Part shown: one piece after another, positions 9,423-17,722 of the stretch
Numbering within the stretch: position 1 is the stretch's first letter
Layout of the letters: each line of letters begins with the position of its first letter
Translations under genes and position numbers: made by a program
Notes under the pieces: generated by a model
The model's input: only the letters and a program-made list of their open reading frames with translations
What the model was told of the DNA's origin: nothing
Database searches by the model: none
NCBI GenBank assembly: GCA_004554395.1
Contig: SFMP01000083.1
Coordinates: 1 to 54,051, forward strand
Reading direction: 5' to 3'
Origin: Myxococcales bacterium
GTDB lineage: Bacteria; Myxococcota_A; Bradymonadia; UBA4248
Length of the DNA stretch: 54,051 bases

Positions 9423-9794
9423 ATGGTTACAGAAGAACAAGTCATCGAGTACCTTGAATCCCTTACAATCATCCAGCTCAACGATCTCGTGAAAAAACTC
9501 GAGGAAAAATGGGATGTCAAAGCCGCTTGTGGTGGTGGCATGGTCGTCGCCGCTGCAGCTGCTCCCGTTGCTGAAGAACCGACGGAATTCAAAGTCATCC
9601 TCGCTGACGTCGGCGCCAACAAAATCAACGTCATCAAAGAAATCCGTGCCATCACGAACTTGGGCCTCAAAGAAGCCAAAGAACTCGTCGACGGCGCTCC
9701 TTCGACCGTCAAAGAAGGCATCGAAAAAGCCGAAGCCGAAGACATCAAGAAGAAACTCGAAGCCGCTGGCGCCAAAGTCGAAATCAAAGCCTAA
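9423..9794 (+). CDS. rplL: 50S ribosomal protein L7/L12
   Basis: An Ala-rich hinge followed by [38 protein letters not shown]. Confidence 0.97.
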   Translation: MVTEEQVIEYLESLTIIQLNDLVKKLEEKWDVKAACGGGMVVAAAAAPVAEEPTEFKVILADVGANKINVIKEIRAITNLGLKEAKELVDGAPSTVKEGIEKAEAEDIKKKLEAAGAKVEIKA

Positions 9795-9833
9795 TCGATT
9801 CGCTAACGCGAGTTAGCTCGTCGTAAGACTTTT

Positions 9834-9866
9834 GCCCTAAGAATGTCGCATTCTTAGGGCTTTTTT
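9834..9866 (+). terminator. Rho-independent terminator after rplL
   Basis: GCCCTAAGAATG-TCG-CATTCTTAGGGC followed by TTTTTT. Confidence 0.85.
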
Positions 9867-9884
9867 GTGCCTTTTGGGTGGGCA

Positions 9885-10376
9885 TTATATGCCCGTGCTC
9901 CCAAACCCCCGATCGCCGCGATCGGTCGTGCCGAAGTCGTCGAAATCGTCGATTTCGCGCCAAACGACATCGGCATGCCGCACGACGACGGCTTGCGCAA
10001 TTCGGTCGCCAGGCTCAATGGCAAACGCCTCTTCACCCGTATTGAACAAGATGACCATGAGTTCGCCACGATAATCGGCATCGACAGTGCCCGGCGTGTT
10101 GAGCACCGTAATGCCATGGCGCAAAGCCAGGCCACTGCGCGGCCTGATTTCGATGTGATAATGCCGCGGAATACGCACGCTCACGCCCGTGTGAACGAGC
10201 ACGCGCCCGCCGCTTGGCACCGTGCACGACTCTGCCGACGACAAATCATAGCCCGCCGCATCGCGCGTGGCACGCGCTGGAATTTGCGCACCTTCTCGAA
10301 TGCGGATAAAATCGATCGTCGGTTGGCGATGGCTTTTGCGCAATAATTCGATTTTCTTTCGTTTCATCGTCTTCAT
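9885..10376 (-). CDS. dut: dUTP diphosphatase
   Basis: AAGYDL, RPRSGLALRHGITVLNTPGTVDADYRGEL and DRGDRGFGSTG motifs. GGAG lies 5 nt upstream of the ATG. Confidence 0.93.
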   Translation of the reverse strand: MKTMKRKKIELLRKSHRQPTIDFIRIREGAQIPARATRDAAGYDLSSAESCTVPSGGRVLVHTGVSVRIPRHYHIEIRPRSGLALRHGITVLNTPGTVDADYRGELMVILFNTGEEAFAIEPGDRIAQAVVVRHADVVWREIDDFDDFGTTDRGDRGFGSTGI

Positions 10377-10499
10377 TCATACTCCAAACATGACAGCCTA
10401 GCCGCTCTCCTACAGCTCAAGCCGCCGACATCACACCATACATCTCCAAAATTGGCGAAGGGCAAGGCGGGCGAGTGGTCACGATAAGGATATACCAAA

Positions 10500-11375
10500 A
10501 TGGAACAGCAAGGTGCCGAAAAACAGACGTTATACGTCGTGGCGACGCCGATAGGAAACATCGGCGATATGTCGTCGCGCGCCCTCGAAATATTGCGAAC
10601 CGTCGACTTCATCTTGTGCGAAGATACGCGCCATAGCGGGCTTTTACTCGAAAGATTTGGGATAAAAAACAAACTCGTCAGCTATTTCGCGCACAACGAG
10701 GCGTTGCGCGTCGACCAAATCTTGCCGCGTTTGTGCAACGGCGAATCGGCTGCCGTCATCAGCGATGCTGGAACCCCCGGAATATCTGACCCCGGAGCGC
10801 GAATCGTCGACGCATGCCACGCCGCAGGCATTCGTGTGAGCCCAATCCCAGGGCCGAGTGCCGTCGCATCGGCAATTTCGGCGGCTGGCTTCTATCAGTG
10901 TCCACAATTCGAATTTGTGACGTTTTTCCCGCGTAAAACGCAAGATCGCCGCGAACTTTTCGAATCGACGACAAAACTGCCGCGCGTTCTCGTCGGCTAC
11001 GAATCGCCCCAACGCATCGTCGAAACGCTCGGCGACTTGGCCGCCGTCGCCGGCCCCCAAAAGCGCGTTTGCCTTTGCCGTGAGTTGACGAAAAAATTTG
11101 AAACGGTCATGCGTTCGACGGTTGGCGATGCTATCGAATTTCTTACAGCAAACCCACCGAAGGGTGAAATTTGCCTCGTTATCGAGGGGGTAGATGTCGA
11201 ACAAAATGCAAAGCCGACCGATGAGCTGTCGCCCGAGGCGCAGAAGCTCGCGCAACTCCTCATCGGCGCCGGACTCGGAGCGCGTAGTATCCGCGATATC
11301 GTGTCGCAATATTGCGGCGCTCGCCCCAAAAGCGTCTACCAATACGTGGTCGCTCAAAGCGATACGGCGTCTTAA
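10500..11375 (+). CDS. rsmI: 16S rRNA (cytidine1402-2'-O)-methyltransferase RsmI
   Basis: LYVVATPIGNIGDMSSRALEILRTVDFILCEDTRHSGLLL and SDAGTPGISDPG motifs. Confidence 0.9.
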   Translation: MEQQGAEKQTLYVVATPIGNIGDMSSRALEILRTVDFILCEDTRHSGLLLERFGIKNKLVSYFAHNEALRVDQILPRLCNGESAAVISDAGTPGISDPGARIVDACHAAGIRVSPIPGPSAVASAISAAGFYQCPQFEFVTFFPRKTQDRRELFESTTKLPRVLVGYESPQRIVETLGDLAAVAGPQKRVCLCRELTKKFETVMRSTVGDAIEFLTANPPKGEICLVIEGVDVEQNAKPTDELSPEAQKLAQLLIGAGLGARSIRDIVSQYCGARPKSVYQYVVAQSDTAS

Positions 11376-11459
11376 AATACGTTGATAATAGCGATGTTTT
11401 CGATATAATTCGGCGAAAATATGACGGTCGCGCAGTTTCCCTCTCCTGGAGATAGAACG

Positions 11460-11975
11460 ATGAAGATATACAAGTCACGCATCCCAATCATAGCCGCCGA
11501 CGTCGCTCGTGCGCTCATCGATGCTGAGGCGGTCGAAGTGGCCGAAGAGCAAAAAAGCCTCTTTATTCAAGACATTGCCGACGTTCTGACGTCGTACATC
11601 GAGACGGAACGCAAAATCCACGAAGAGGCGCAAGACCTCATCGCCAACCGCAACGTCGACTTTTCATCGCTCGGTCGCTTCAAACGCGAATTGGCGAAAA
11701 AGTGCAACTTCGGCTTGGGCGACGACGCCATCGACTGGCTCACCGACCACATCATCGACATGCTCTATCACACCGAAAACGTCGAAGAAATCTGGGCCGA
11801 TAACCCGCAAATTCGCAAAATTTCGCGCGAAGTATTATATCGTCACACGCAAATCGACGACGACCTCGACGCCGAAGTCCGCGCGAAAATCAAGAACTTA
11901 TCGGAAGGTTCAGTTGCTTGGGACGTGAGATATCAGCAGGTGCTCGCGGAATTGCGCCGCCGCAAAGGACTTTAG
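11460..11975 (+). CDS. Hypothetical acidic helical protein, possibly DUF507-like
   Basis: The ATG at 11460 has GGAGA upstream and lies within ORF 11421..11975. Two helical halves. The family name is from memory only. Confidence 0.7.
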   Translation: MKIYKSRIPIIAADVARALIDAEAVEVAEEQKSLFIQDIADVLTSYIETERKIHEEAQDLIANRNVDFSSLGRFKRELAKKCNFGLGDDAIDWLTDHIIDMLYHTENVEEIWADNPQIRKISREVLYRHTQIDDDLDAEVRAKIKNLSEGSVAWDVRYQQVLAELRRRKGL

Positions 11976-11989
11976 TGGAATGTTTTGGA

Positions 11990-12010
11990 GGGGGGAAGTC
12001 TCCCCCCAAA
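11990..12010. terminator. G6A/TC6 hairpin after the DUF507-like gene
   Basis: A GGGGGGA-AGTC-TCCCCCC stem-loop. There is no clear T-run, so the call is weak. Confidence 0.3.
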
Positions 12011-12190
12011 GCGGCTATTGGTGCGTCTTTGCGCCCGATACGCCTAGCGCATCGCCCGTTCATCGATCGACCGCACTCAAATCGCGACGCGTATTGAGCG
12101 TTAGCGAAATAGCGGCGCTGCGTAGGCGTATTGAGCGATAGCGAAATAGCCGGAGCCCCTGGCGTATCGGCTTTGCCGATAGCCAGGGCA
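12011..12190. repeat. Repeat family B copy (two GCGTATTGAGCG-TAGCGAAATAGC units plus a TATCGGC-TTT-GCCGATA hairpin)
   Basis: Units at about 12089-12113 and 12125-12150. The same motifs occur at 28594-28712, 47231-47384 and 49788-49943. Confidence 0.8.
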
Positions 12191-12356
12191 CCCAAAAAAA
12201 TCGATCACATCGAGGCGCAAGACGGCACCGAATACGCCGCTCCCCCCTCTACGGGGGACACCCCCGTAACGCCCCCAGACCTAGAACGCTGGGGCGACGA
12301 ACTGGGTTCAATATAGTTTGAGAGTTTGCGAATAAAATTCGCGATTTGGAGAATTC

Positions 12357-14306
12357 ATGAATTATAGACCAAAGGAAGGTGCACTTCTTCTTGGAAAATA
12401 CGAAATAGCGTCGCTTATTGGCGAAGGCGCGTTTGGATGCGTCTATCGCGCGCGATTTCTCAAGCTCGACCGAGATGTTGCGATAAAGTTCATCAACCCG
12501 AATGACCAGATTTTGCCGCGGTTTATGGACGAATTGGCGGCGATTAAGAAGCTCGACCACCCGAATATCGTTCGGCTTTTCGACTACGACATATTGAAAG
12601 AGGGCGTGCCGTGCATCGTGATGGAGTTCGTCGATGGGCGTGAGTTGGGCGATGTGATCATCGAGCGCGGGCCGTTTGATTGTGCGTCGATTTGCGAGAT
12701 AGCGATGCAGATCATCGATGCGCTCGTCGAGACGCATAATCAGGGGATAATTCACTGCGATTTGAAGCCCGAAAACATCATGCTCACGAGCATTGGCGCG
12801 CGCAAAAACGTCGTGAAGCTGATAGATTTTGGCGTGGCGTCGATTTTGAGCAAGGCGAATGAAAACCGCGAGCACATGCTGATTGGGACGCCGCAATACA
12901 TGGCGCCGGAACAGATTTTGCACCAGCCGTTGGGGCCGTGGACCGATGTTTATGCGATTGGGTTGATTCTGATCGAAATGTTTACGGGGCGTTTTGTTTT
13001 CGACGCGGAGGATCCGCGCGAAGTGCTGCGGATGCAGTTGTATGCGCCGGTCGAGATTCCGCATGCGTTGGCGTGTACGCCGCTTGGGAGTATCATTGCT
13101 CGCGCGACCGAGAAAGACGTGGCGAAGCGGTATAATCACACGCAAGATTTGTATGACGATTTGCGCGATGCGGCGGCGACGTTTCAGCCGGTGCACCGTA
13201 GCACGATGATGGAAACCGATGGTTCGTGGCGTCGTAGTCGGAGTGTGCACAGCGTATTTACCGATATTAACGATTTGCTCGTGCCGCCTGGTGCGGGTGC
13301 GCCAGTGGTGCCCGAGTTGCGATCGAAGGCGAAGCGCGGTTCGATCGAGGTGCCTTTGATGGGGGGCAATGCGGGCGATAATGGGACGCCGATGGGCGGT
13401 GATCCGAGCGATTTCGACGTGACGCGGCTCAATTTGGGGGGCTTTCAGCACGCGCTCGACGATTTGACGCCGCAGGCGGCCAATAGCCAGGCCATTACGC
13501 AGCCGAAACGCCCGTCGTTTAGCGTTCCCGTGCTCGAACGCGGCAATGTGGCGCCAGTGTCGCCTGCGTCGAGTGTGCCGCAGCCTGCCGAGTCGAATGT
13601 GCCGGTTTTGACGCCGGAATCGGTGCCGCAGCGCCAAGCGTCGAGTGAGCAACACGTGGCAGTGCCGAAATTGAGTCAGGAGACGAGCATAAGCCATAAC
13701 GATGCGCTCGATCGGATCGAAAAAGCGGCGGCAATGGCGTCGCAAGGAAAGCCCAGCAATGGGACCGTCGTCAACGAAACGGATTTGCGCGTGGCGACGC
13801 AGTCGTCGAATCGCGCGCCGCGGCGCGTCGTGAGCCACGTTTTGCGCAATCTCATGTGCATCGTATTGTTTGCGATTGCGGTGGCGGGTGTCGGTGGCTA
13901 TTTGTGGAGCTCGGGGGTGCTCGTCAAATGGGGAATCGTCGCCGCGCCAATAGTTGCCGCGGAGCGAGATTCGAACGAACCGATCGAGGTGTCGCAAAAT
14001 TTCGTGAAGTATTCGACGATTCGCGATGCAAGTCGCGAAATGGCTTATGTGGCGGCGATATCGGGGTATATGGGGGCGAGTCGCGACGTGGCGCATATCG
14101 TCGAATATCGGGTCATCGGCACGCCGACCGATGCAGCGATTTACCTCAACAATAGCGTCGTTTGCGGGCGTACGCCGTGTAAGATAAACGTCTATGGTCC
14201 GATCGAGGCGATGAAGTTGGAGATACGCAAAGGCGGGAAATCGACGACGTTCAACATGCCAAAGCGCGTGAATCGGGCAGAGCCGATGATTATGGTTCTG
14301 AAGTAG
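12357..14306 (+). CDS. Hanks-type Ser/Thr protein kinase with TM segment and C-terminal PEGA-like domain
   Basis: GEGAFGCVYRA, VAIK, HCDLKPENIM, DFGVA and GTPQYMAPE motifs. A TM helix CIVLFAIAVAGVGGYLW. The C-terminal segment GTPTDAAIYLNNSVVCGRTPC is PEGA-like. Confidence 0.92.
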   Translation: MNYRPKEGALLLGKYEIASLIGEGAFGCVYRARFLKLDRDVAIKFINPNDQILPRFMDELAAIKKLDHPNIVRLFDYDILKEGVPCIVMEFVDGRELGDVIIERGPFDCASICEIAMQIIDALVETHNQGIIHCDLKPENIMLTSIGARKNVVKLIDFGVASILSKANENREHMLIGTPQYMAPEQILHQPLGPWTDVYAIGLILIEMFTGRFVFDAEDPREVLRMQLYAPVEIPHALACTPLGSIIARATEKDVAKRYNHTQDLYDDLRDAAATFQPVHRSTMMETDGSWRRSRSVHSVFTDINDLLVPPGAGAPVVPELRSKAKRGSIEVPLMGGNAGDNGTPMGGDPSDFDVTRLNLGGFQHALDDLTPQAANSQAITQPKRPSFSVPVLERGNVAPVSPASSVPQPAESNVPVLTPESVPQRQASSEQHVAVPKLSQETSISHNDALDRIEKAAAMASQGKPSNGTVVNETDLRVATQSSNRAPRRVVSHVLRNLMCIVLFAIAVAGVGGYLWSSGVLVKWGIVAAPIVAAERDSNEPIEVSQNFVKYSTIRDASREMAYVAAISGYMGASRDVAHIVEYRVIGTPTDAAIYLNNSVVCGRTPCKINVYGPIEAMKLEIRKGGKSTTFNMPKRVNRAEPMIMVLK

Positions 14307-14349
14307 GCTTTGGACTTCACGCCCGGCCTGTCAGACCTCACCCCCTGGC

Positions 14350-14503
14350 CCCCTCTCCATAAATGGCGAGGGGGAATTGACGCCCGCGTTGCGGGCGTAA
14401 TAGATTTTGCGAGGGGGAATTGACGCCCGCGTTGCGGGCGTTTATGGCATGCGAGGGGGAATTGACGCCCGCGTTGCGGGCGTCATAGATTTTGCGAGGG
14501 GGA
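14350..14503. repeat. Repeat family A array (3 units of about 42-43 bp plus a partial unit)
   Basis: GCGAGGGGGAATTGACGCCCGC-GTT-GCGGGCGT units start at 14366, 14409 and 14451, with a partial unit at 14494. They are preceded by a CCCCCTC...GAGGGGG hairpin and lie between convergent genes. Confidence 0.9.
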
Positions 14504-14507
14504 CTCG

Positions 14508-15203
14508 TTAATCTTCTTTGAGGGGGAGTTTTTCGAGGTCGGCCATGGCTTTGCTCGAGAAGCCGAAGCCCAGGGAGATGACGTGGTAGCTGTGTGGTGC
14601 GACTTGGTGGAAAGTGTAGTCGATGCGCATGTGTACTTTGGAGATATCGACGCCGATGCCGCTGCGTAGGCGGAGTTCCCACGCCCAGTTAAAAGGGACG
14701 AAAGGCGTCGTCTTTCGGTCGCCGAGGAAAGCCCAGCTCGGTTCTGCCATGAGATAGACGTAGAGCCCGGGCATGGGGTCGATCCAAATGCCCAGGAGAA
14801 GGGGGACGCCGATGCCAGGGGCGACGTTGTCGTCTTTAGATTTTTTTTTGACCGATTGGTAGCTATCGGTCATGAGGCCAGTGGCGAGGAAAACGACGAG
14901 ATAATCGGTGCCAAGTCCGACGCCGAACTTTGCGCCGACGGCGTATTGAACGAATTCGCCTTCGAGACCGACGCCGATGCTGGCATAGAGTTCGGCAAAT
15001 CGCCCGACGAGCGTGCCGGGGACTCGGTCGACGGCCATGGCTCGGGCATGGACGCCCAGCAGATTGCTCCCGCCCGTGCTGCGATGGTAATCGATGCCGA
15101 AATCGAGTGCACCCGATGGGCGATCTTGGGCAAACGCCCTGGCCGTGGGCAATGCAATGAATATGAAAGCGCATAGAAGCGCGATGTAGATGCGTTTTGA
15201 CAT
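14508..15203 (-). CDS. Putative outer-membrane beta-barrel protein
   Basis: The ATG at 15203 lies within ORF 14508..15518. Signal peptide MSKRIYIALLCAFIFIALPTARAFA. Alternating Gly/aromatic beta-strand-like pattern. No family recognised. Confidence 0.65.
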   Translation of the reverse strand: MSKRIYIALLCAFIFIALPTARAFAQDRPSGALDFGIDYHRSTGGSNLLGVHARAMAVDRVPGTLVGRFAELYASIGVGLEGEFVQYAVGAKFGVGLGTDYLVVFLATGLMTDSYQSVKKKSKDDNVAPGIGVPLLLGIWIDPMPGLYVYLMAEPSWAFLGDRKTTPFVPFNWAWELRLRSGIGVDISKVHMRIDYTFHQVAPHSYHVISLGFGFSSKAMADLEKLPLKED

Positions 15204-15244
15204 GCTTTTGGCGTGTGATGGCGTTTGGGACGCTGTGTCGTCGA

Positions 15245-15604
15245 TTAATCTTGGCGTTCGTTGGCGTGTTCGAACGATTGCCGCAATGAATCGGAAAAGT
15301 GGAATTGTTGGACGATGGGTGAGAATTCGTCGTCGTAGCCGCATCGTGCGAGCATTTGGGTGACGGCTTTTCGACAAGGGCGGCATGCGGTCGTCTTTTT
15401 GCAGACGTCGAGTCGCGACAAAGTTTCCGAATGCCCATCGATTTGCGACCGAATATTTTGTGCCATTTGCGCACAGTTGCCTTGTGCGCTTTCGACGGCG
15501 CGATCGAGATCGAGGCAAAACTGTGCCATGCGATCGGCATCGCTACGGCATGCGACGACCGCCAAAGACAAAGAGATGAGCGTGAATGTGATGAGTCGTT
15601 TCAT
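15245..15604 (-). CDS. Small Cys-rich lipoprotein, hypothetical
   Basis: The ATG at 15604 lies within ORF 15245..15709. MKRLITFTLISLSLAVVAC contains a lipobox. The start is 2 nt downstream of the ABC-F stop. Confidence 0.6.
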   Translation of the reverse strand: MKRLITFTLISLSLAVVACRSDADRMAQFCLDLDRAVESAQGNCAQMAQNIRSQIDGHSETLSRLDVCKKTTACRPCRKAVTQMLARCGYDDEFSPIVQQFHFSDSLRQSFEHANERQD

Positions 15605-15606
15605 CG

Positions 15607-17565
15607 TCAATTTTGGAAAGCTGCCACGGCTTCGTCGAGGTCGGCTTGGGCTTGCATCCAAGCTTCGATCGTCGTTTCGAGCGTTTGAGCGGTTTGGGTT
15701 TTCGAACAATTGAGATCTTTAATCTTTGCGCTGTCTTTGTAGGTTTCTGGATTGGCGAGTTGTTCGTCGATTTGTGCGAGTTGTTGTTCGAGTTCGGCGA
15801 CTTGAGCTTCGAGTTTTTCGACGTTTTGCGAGAGGTGTTTGGTGGCTTTTTTGAGAGCTTCGCGTTGTTGTGAGGCTTCGATGCGTTTTCGCTTTTTGGA
15901 GTTGGCGTTTTCGGGCAGGGCACTGGTAGGTTTATCGGCGCTTTGCGGCAGAGTTTGAGCGGTTTGTTCGGCGTTTTGCGCAGCGACAAAAGCTTCGTGT
16001 TCGGAGTACGTGCCTTCGAACATGTCGATGTGTCCATTTTGTATTGTAGCGATTTTATTGCAAACTTTGTCGATGAACCATCGGTCGTGCGAGATGACGA
16101 CGATCGTGCCAGGGTATTGTCGGAGTGCGTCTTCGAGCGCTTCGCGCGAGTCGAGGTCGAGGTGGTTGGTGGGTTCGTCGAGCAATAACAAGTTTGGGGC
16201 TCGGAGCAGGAGTTTGGCTAGGGCGAGTTTGTTTTTTTCGCCGCCCGACAAGACCGAAACGGATTTGTCGACATCTTCGTTTGTGAACAGGAAAGCGCCC
16301 AGGGCGGCGCGTAGCATCGTCATGTTGATCGTCGACGGCAAGCCTGCACCGGCTTCTTGAAGCAGAGTTTTTGAAAAATCGAGGGCGTCGATTTGGTGTT
16401 GTGCGAAGTGTGCCAGATGGACGCGATCGGAGAGCAATCGTTCGCCTTCGAATGGGATGATATTGGCGAGAATTTTGATGAGCGTCGATTTTCCTGCGCC
16501 GTTTGGGGCACAGAGAGCGATTTTATCGCCGCGATAGATTCTGAAATTGATGTCTTTATAGACGACGTTATCGTCGTATGATTTCGAGACGTGCCGGAGT
16601 TCGAGTAAGATTTGCGGCGGTCGCTCGGGATCGGGGAAATGGAACCTGACTTTCTTCCGATTTTGGAGGAGTTGTACGGTTTCCATTTTTTCGAGTTGTT
16701 TGAGGCGCGATTGGGCTTGTTTTGCCTTCGATGCTTTGTATCGGAATCGCTCGATAAATGCTTGTTTTTCGGCGATAATTTTACTTTGTTGAATGGCTTG
16801 TTTTTCGAGTTGCTCTTCCATTTCGTCGCGCAATTGCAAGTAATGGTCGTAATTGCCGGGGAAGAGTAGGAGCCCGTTGTCGTCGAGAGCGGCGATGCCG
16901 TCGACGACGTGATTGAGGAAAGCGCGGTCGTGGCTGACGATGAGGAGCGTGCCTGGATACGAGGCCAGGAACGATTCGAGCCAATCGAGTGATTCGATAT
17001 CGAGGTGGTTGGTGGGTTCGTCGAGCAAGAGGAGATCGGGCTTCGAGAGGAGGAGTCGAGCGAGCAAAATGCGCATTTGCCATCCGCCCGAGAACTCCGT
17101 CGTGCATTTATGCAATTCATCTTGTCGGAATCCGAGCGAAGCCATGATCGATTGAGCTTCGGCGCGGAGGGAATAGCCGCCCGCCGATTCGAATTCGTGT
17201 TGTCGAGCGCCGAGCGCCGCGATATTTTCATCGCTTGGGTCGCGTTCGACCGATCGTTGCAATCGTTCGATTTCGTCTTCGAGATCGAGAACGCGTTGCC
17301 GTCCCGAGAGGACGAGATCGATCGCCGGTTTCGCGTCGAGCAGGGTGATTTCTTGCGGAAGATAGCCGACCGACATCGTCTTTGGAATGATGACCGACCC
17401 CGAATCGGCGTCTAATTCGCCGGCAATGATGCGTAAAATCGTCGATTTTCCGGCGCCATTGTGCCCGACGAGGGCTGTGCGCTTGAATCGATCGACTTGC
17501 CAGGTCAAGTTTTCGAAGAGTTTTTGAGGTCCGAAGTATTTGGTCAGCCCAGTGACTTGTATCAT
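15607..17565 (-). CDS. ABC-F family ATPase (two ABC domains, C-terminal coiled coil)
   Basis: Walker A appears twice (GHNGAGKST, GPNGAGKST) and the signature motif twice (FSGGWQMR, LSGGEKNK). No TM domains. The C-terminal tail is Gln/Glu-rich and coiled. Confidence 0.92.
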   Translation of the reverse strand: MIQVTGLTKYFGPQKLFENLTWQVDRFKRTALVGHNGAGKSTILRIIAGELDADSGSVIIPKTMSVGYLPQEITLLDAKPAIDLVLSGRQRVLDLEDEIERLQRSVERDPSDENIAALGARQHEFESAGGYSLRAEAQSIMASLGFRQDELHKCTTEFSGGWQMRILLARLLLSKPDLLLLDEPTNHLDIESLDWLESFLASYPGTLLIVSHDRAFLNHVVDGIAALDDNGLLLFPGNYDHYLQLRDEMEEQLEKQAIQQSKIIAEKQAFIERFRYKASKAKQAQSRLKQLEKMETVQLLQNRKKVRFHFPDPERPPQILLELRHVSKSYDDNVVYKDINFRIYRGDKIALCAPNGAGKSTLIKILANIIPFEGERLLSDRVHLAHFAQHQIDALDFSKTLLQEAGAGLPSTINMTMLRAALGAFLFTNEDVDKSVSVLSGGEKNKLALAKLLLRAPNLLLLDEPTNHLDLDSREALEDALRQYPGTIVVISHDRWFIDKVCNKIATIQNGHIDMFEGTYSEHEAFVAAQNAEQTAQTLPQSADKPTSALPENANSKKRKRIEASQQREALKKATKHLSQNVEKLEAQVAELEQQLAQIDEQLANPETYKDSAKIKDLNCSKTQTAQTLETTIEAWMQAQADLDEAVAAFQN

Positions 17566-17722
17566 GATGAGTTCCAGCGGGGCAAATGGATCAATGCGAT
17601 GGCTATGCCGAGTTTCTACAGAGGCGATGGTGGCGCAAGCGCGACACCATCGCGGCGCCGTCTTTTAATGCGTAATCGCGAAAAACTCAACTCATGCGGC
17701 GTATTGAACGCCGCGAGAGTCG

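Noticed and set aside
9879-9893. The GGGCAT-TAT-ATGCCC palindrome as a dut terminator
   Set aside because: It overlaps the 3' end of the dut coding sequence and lacks a T-run.
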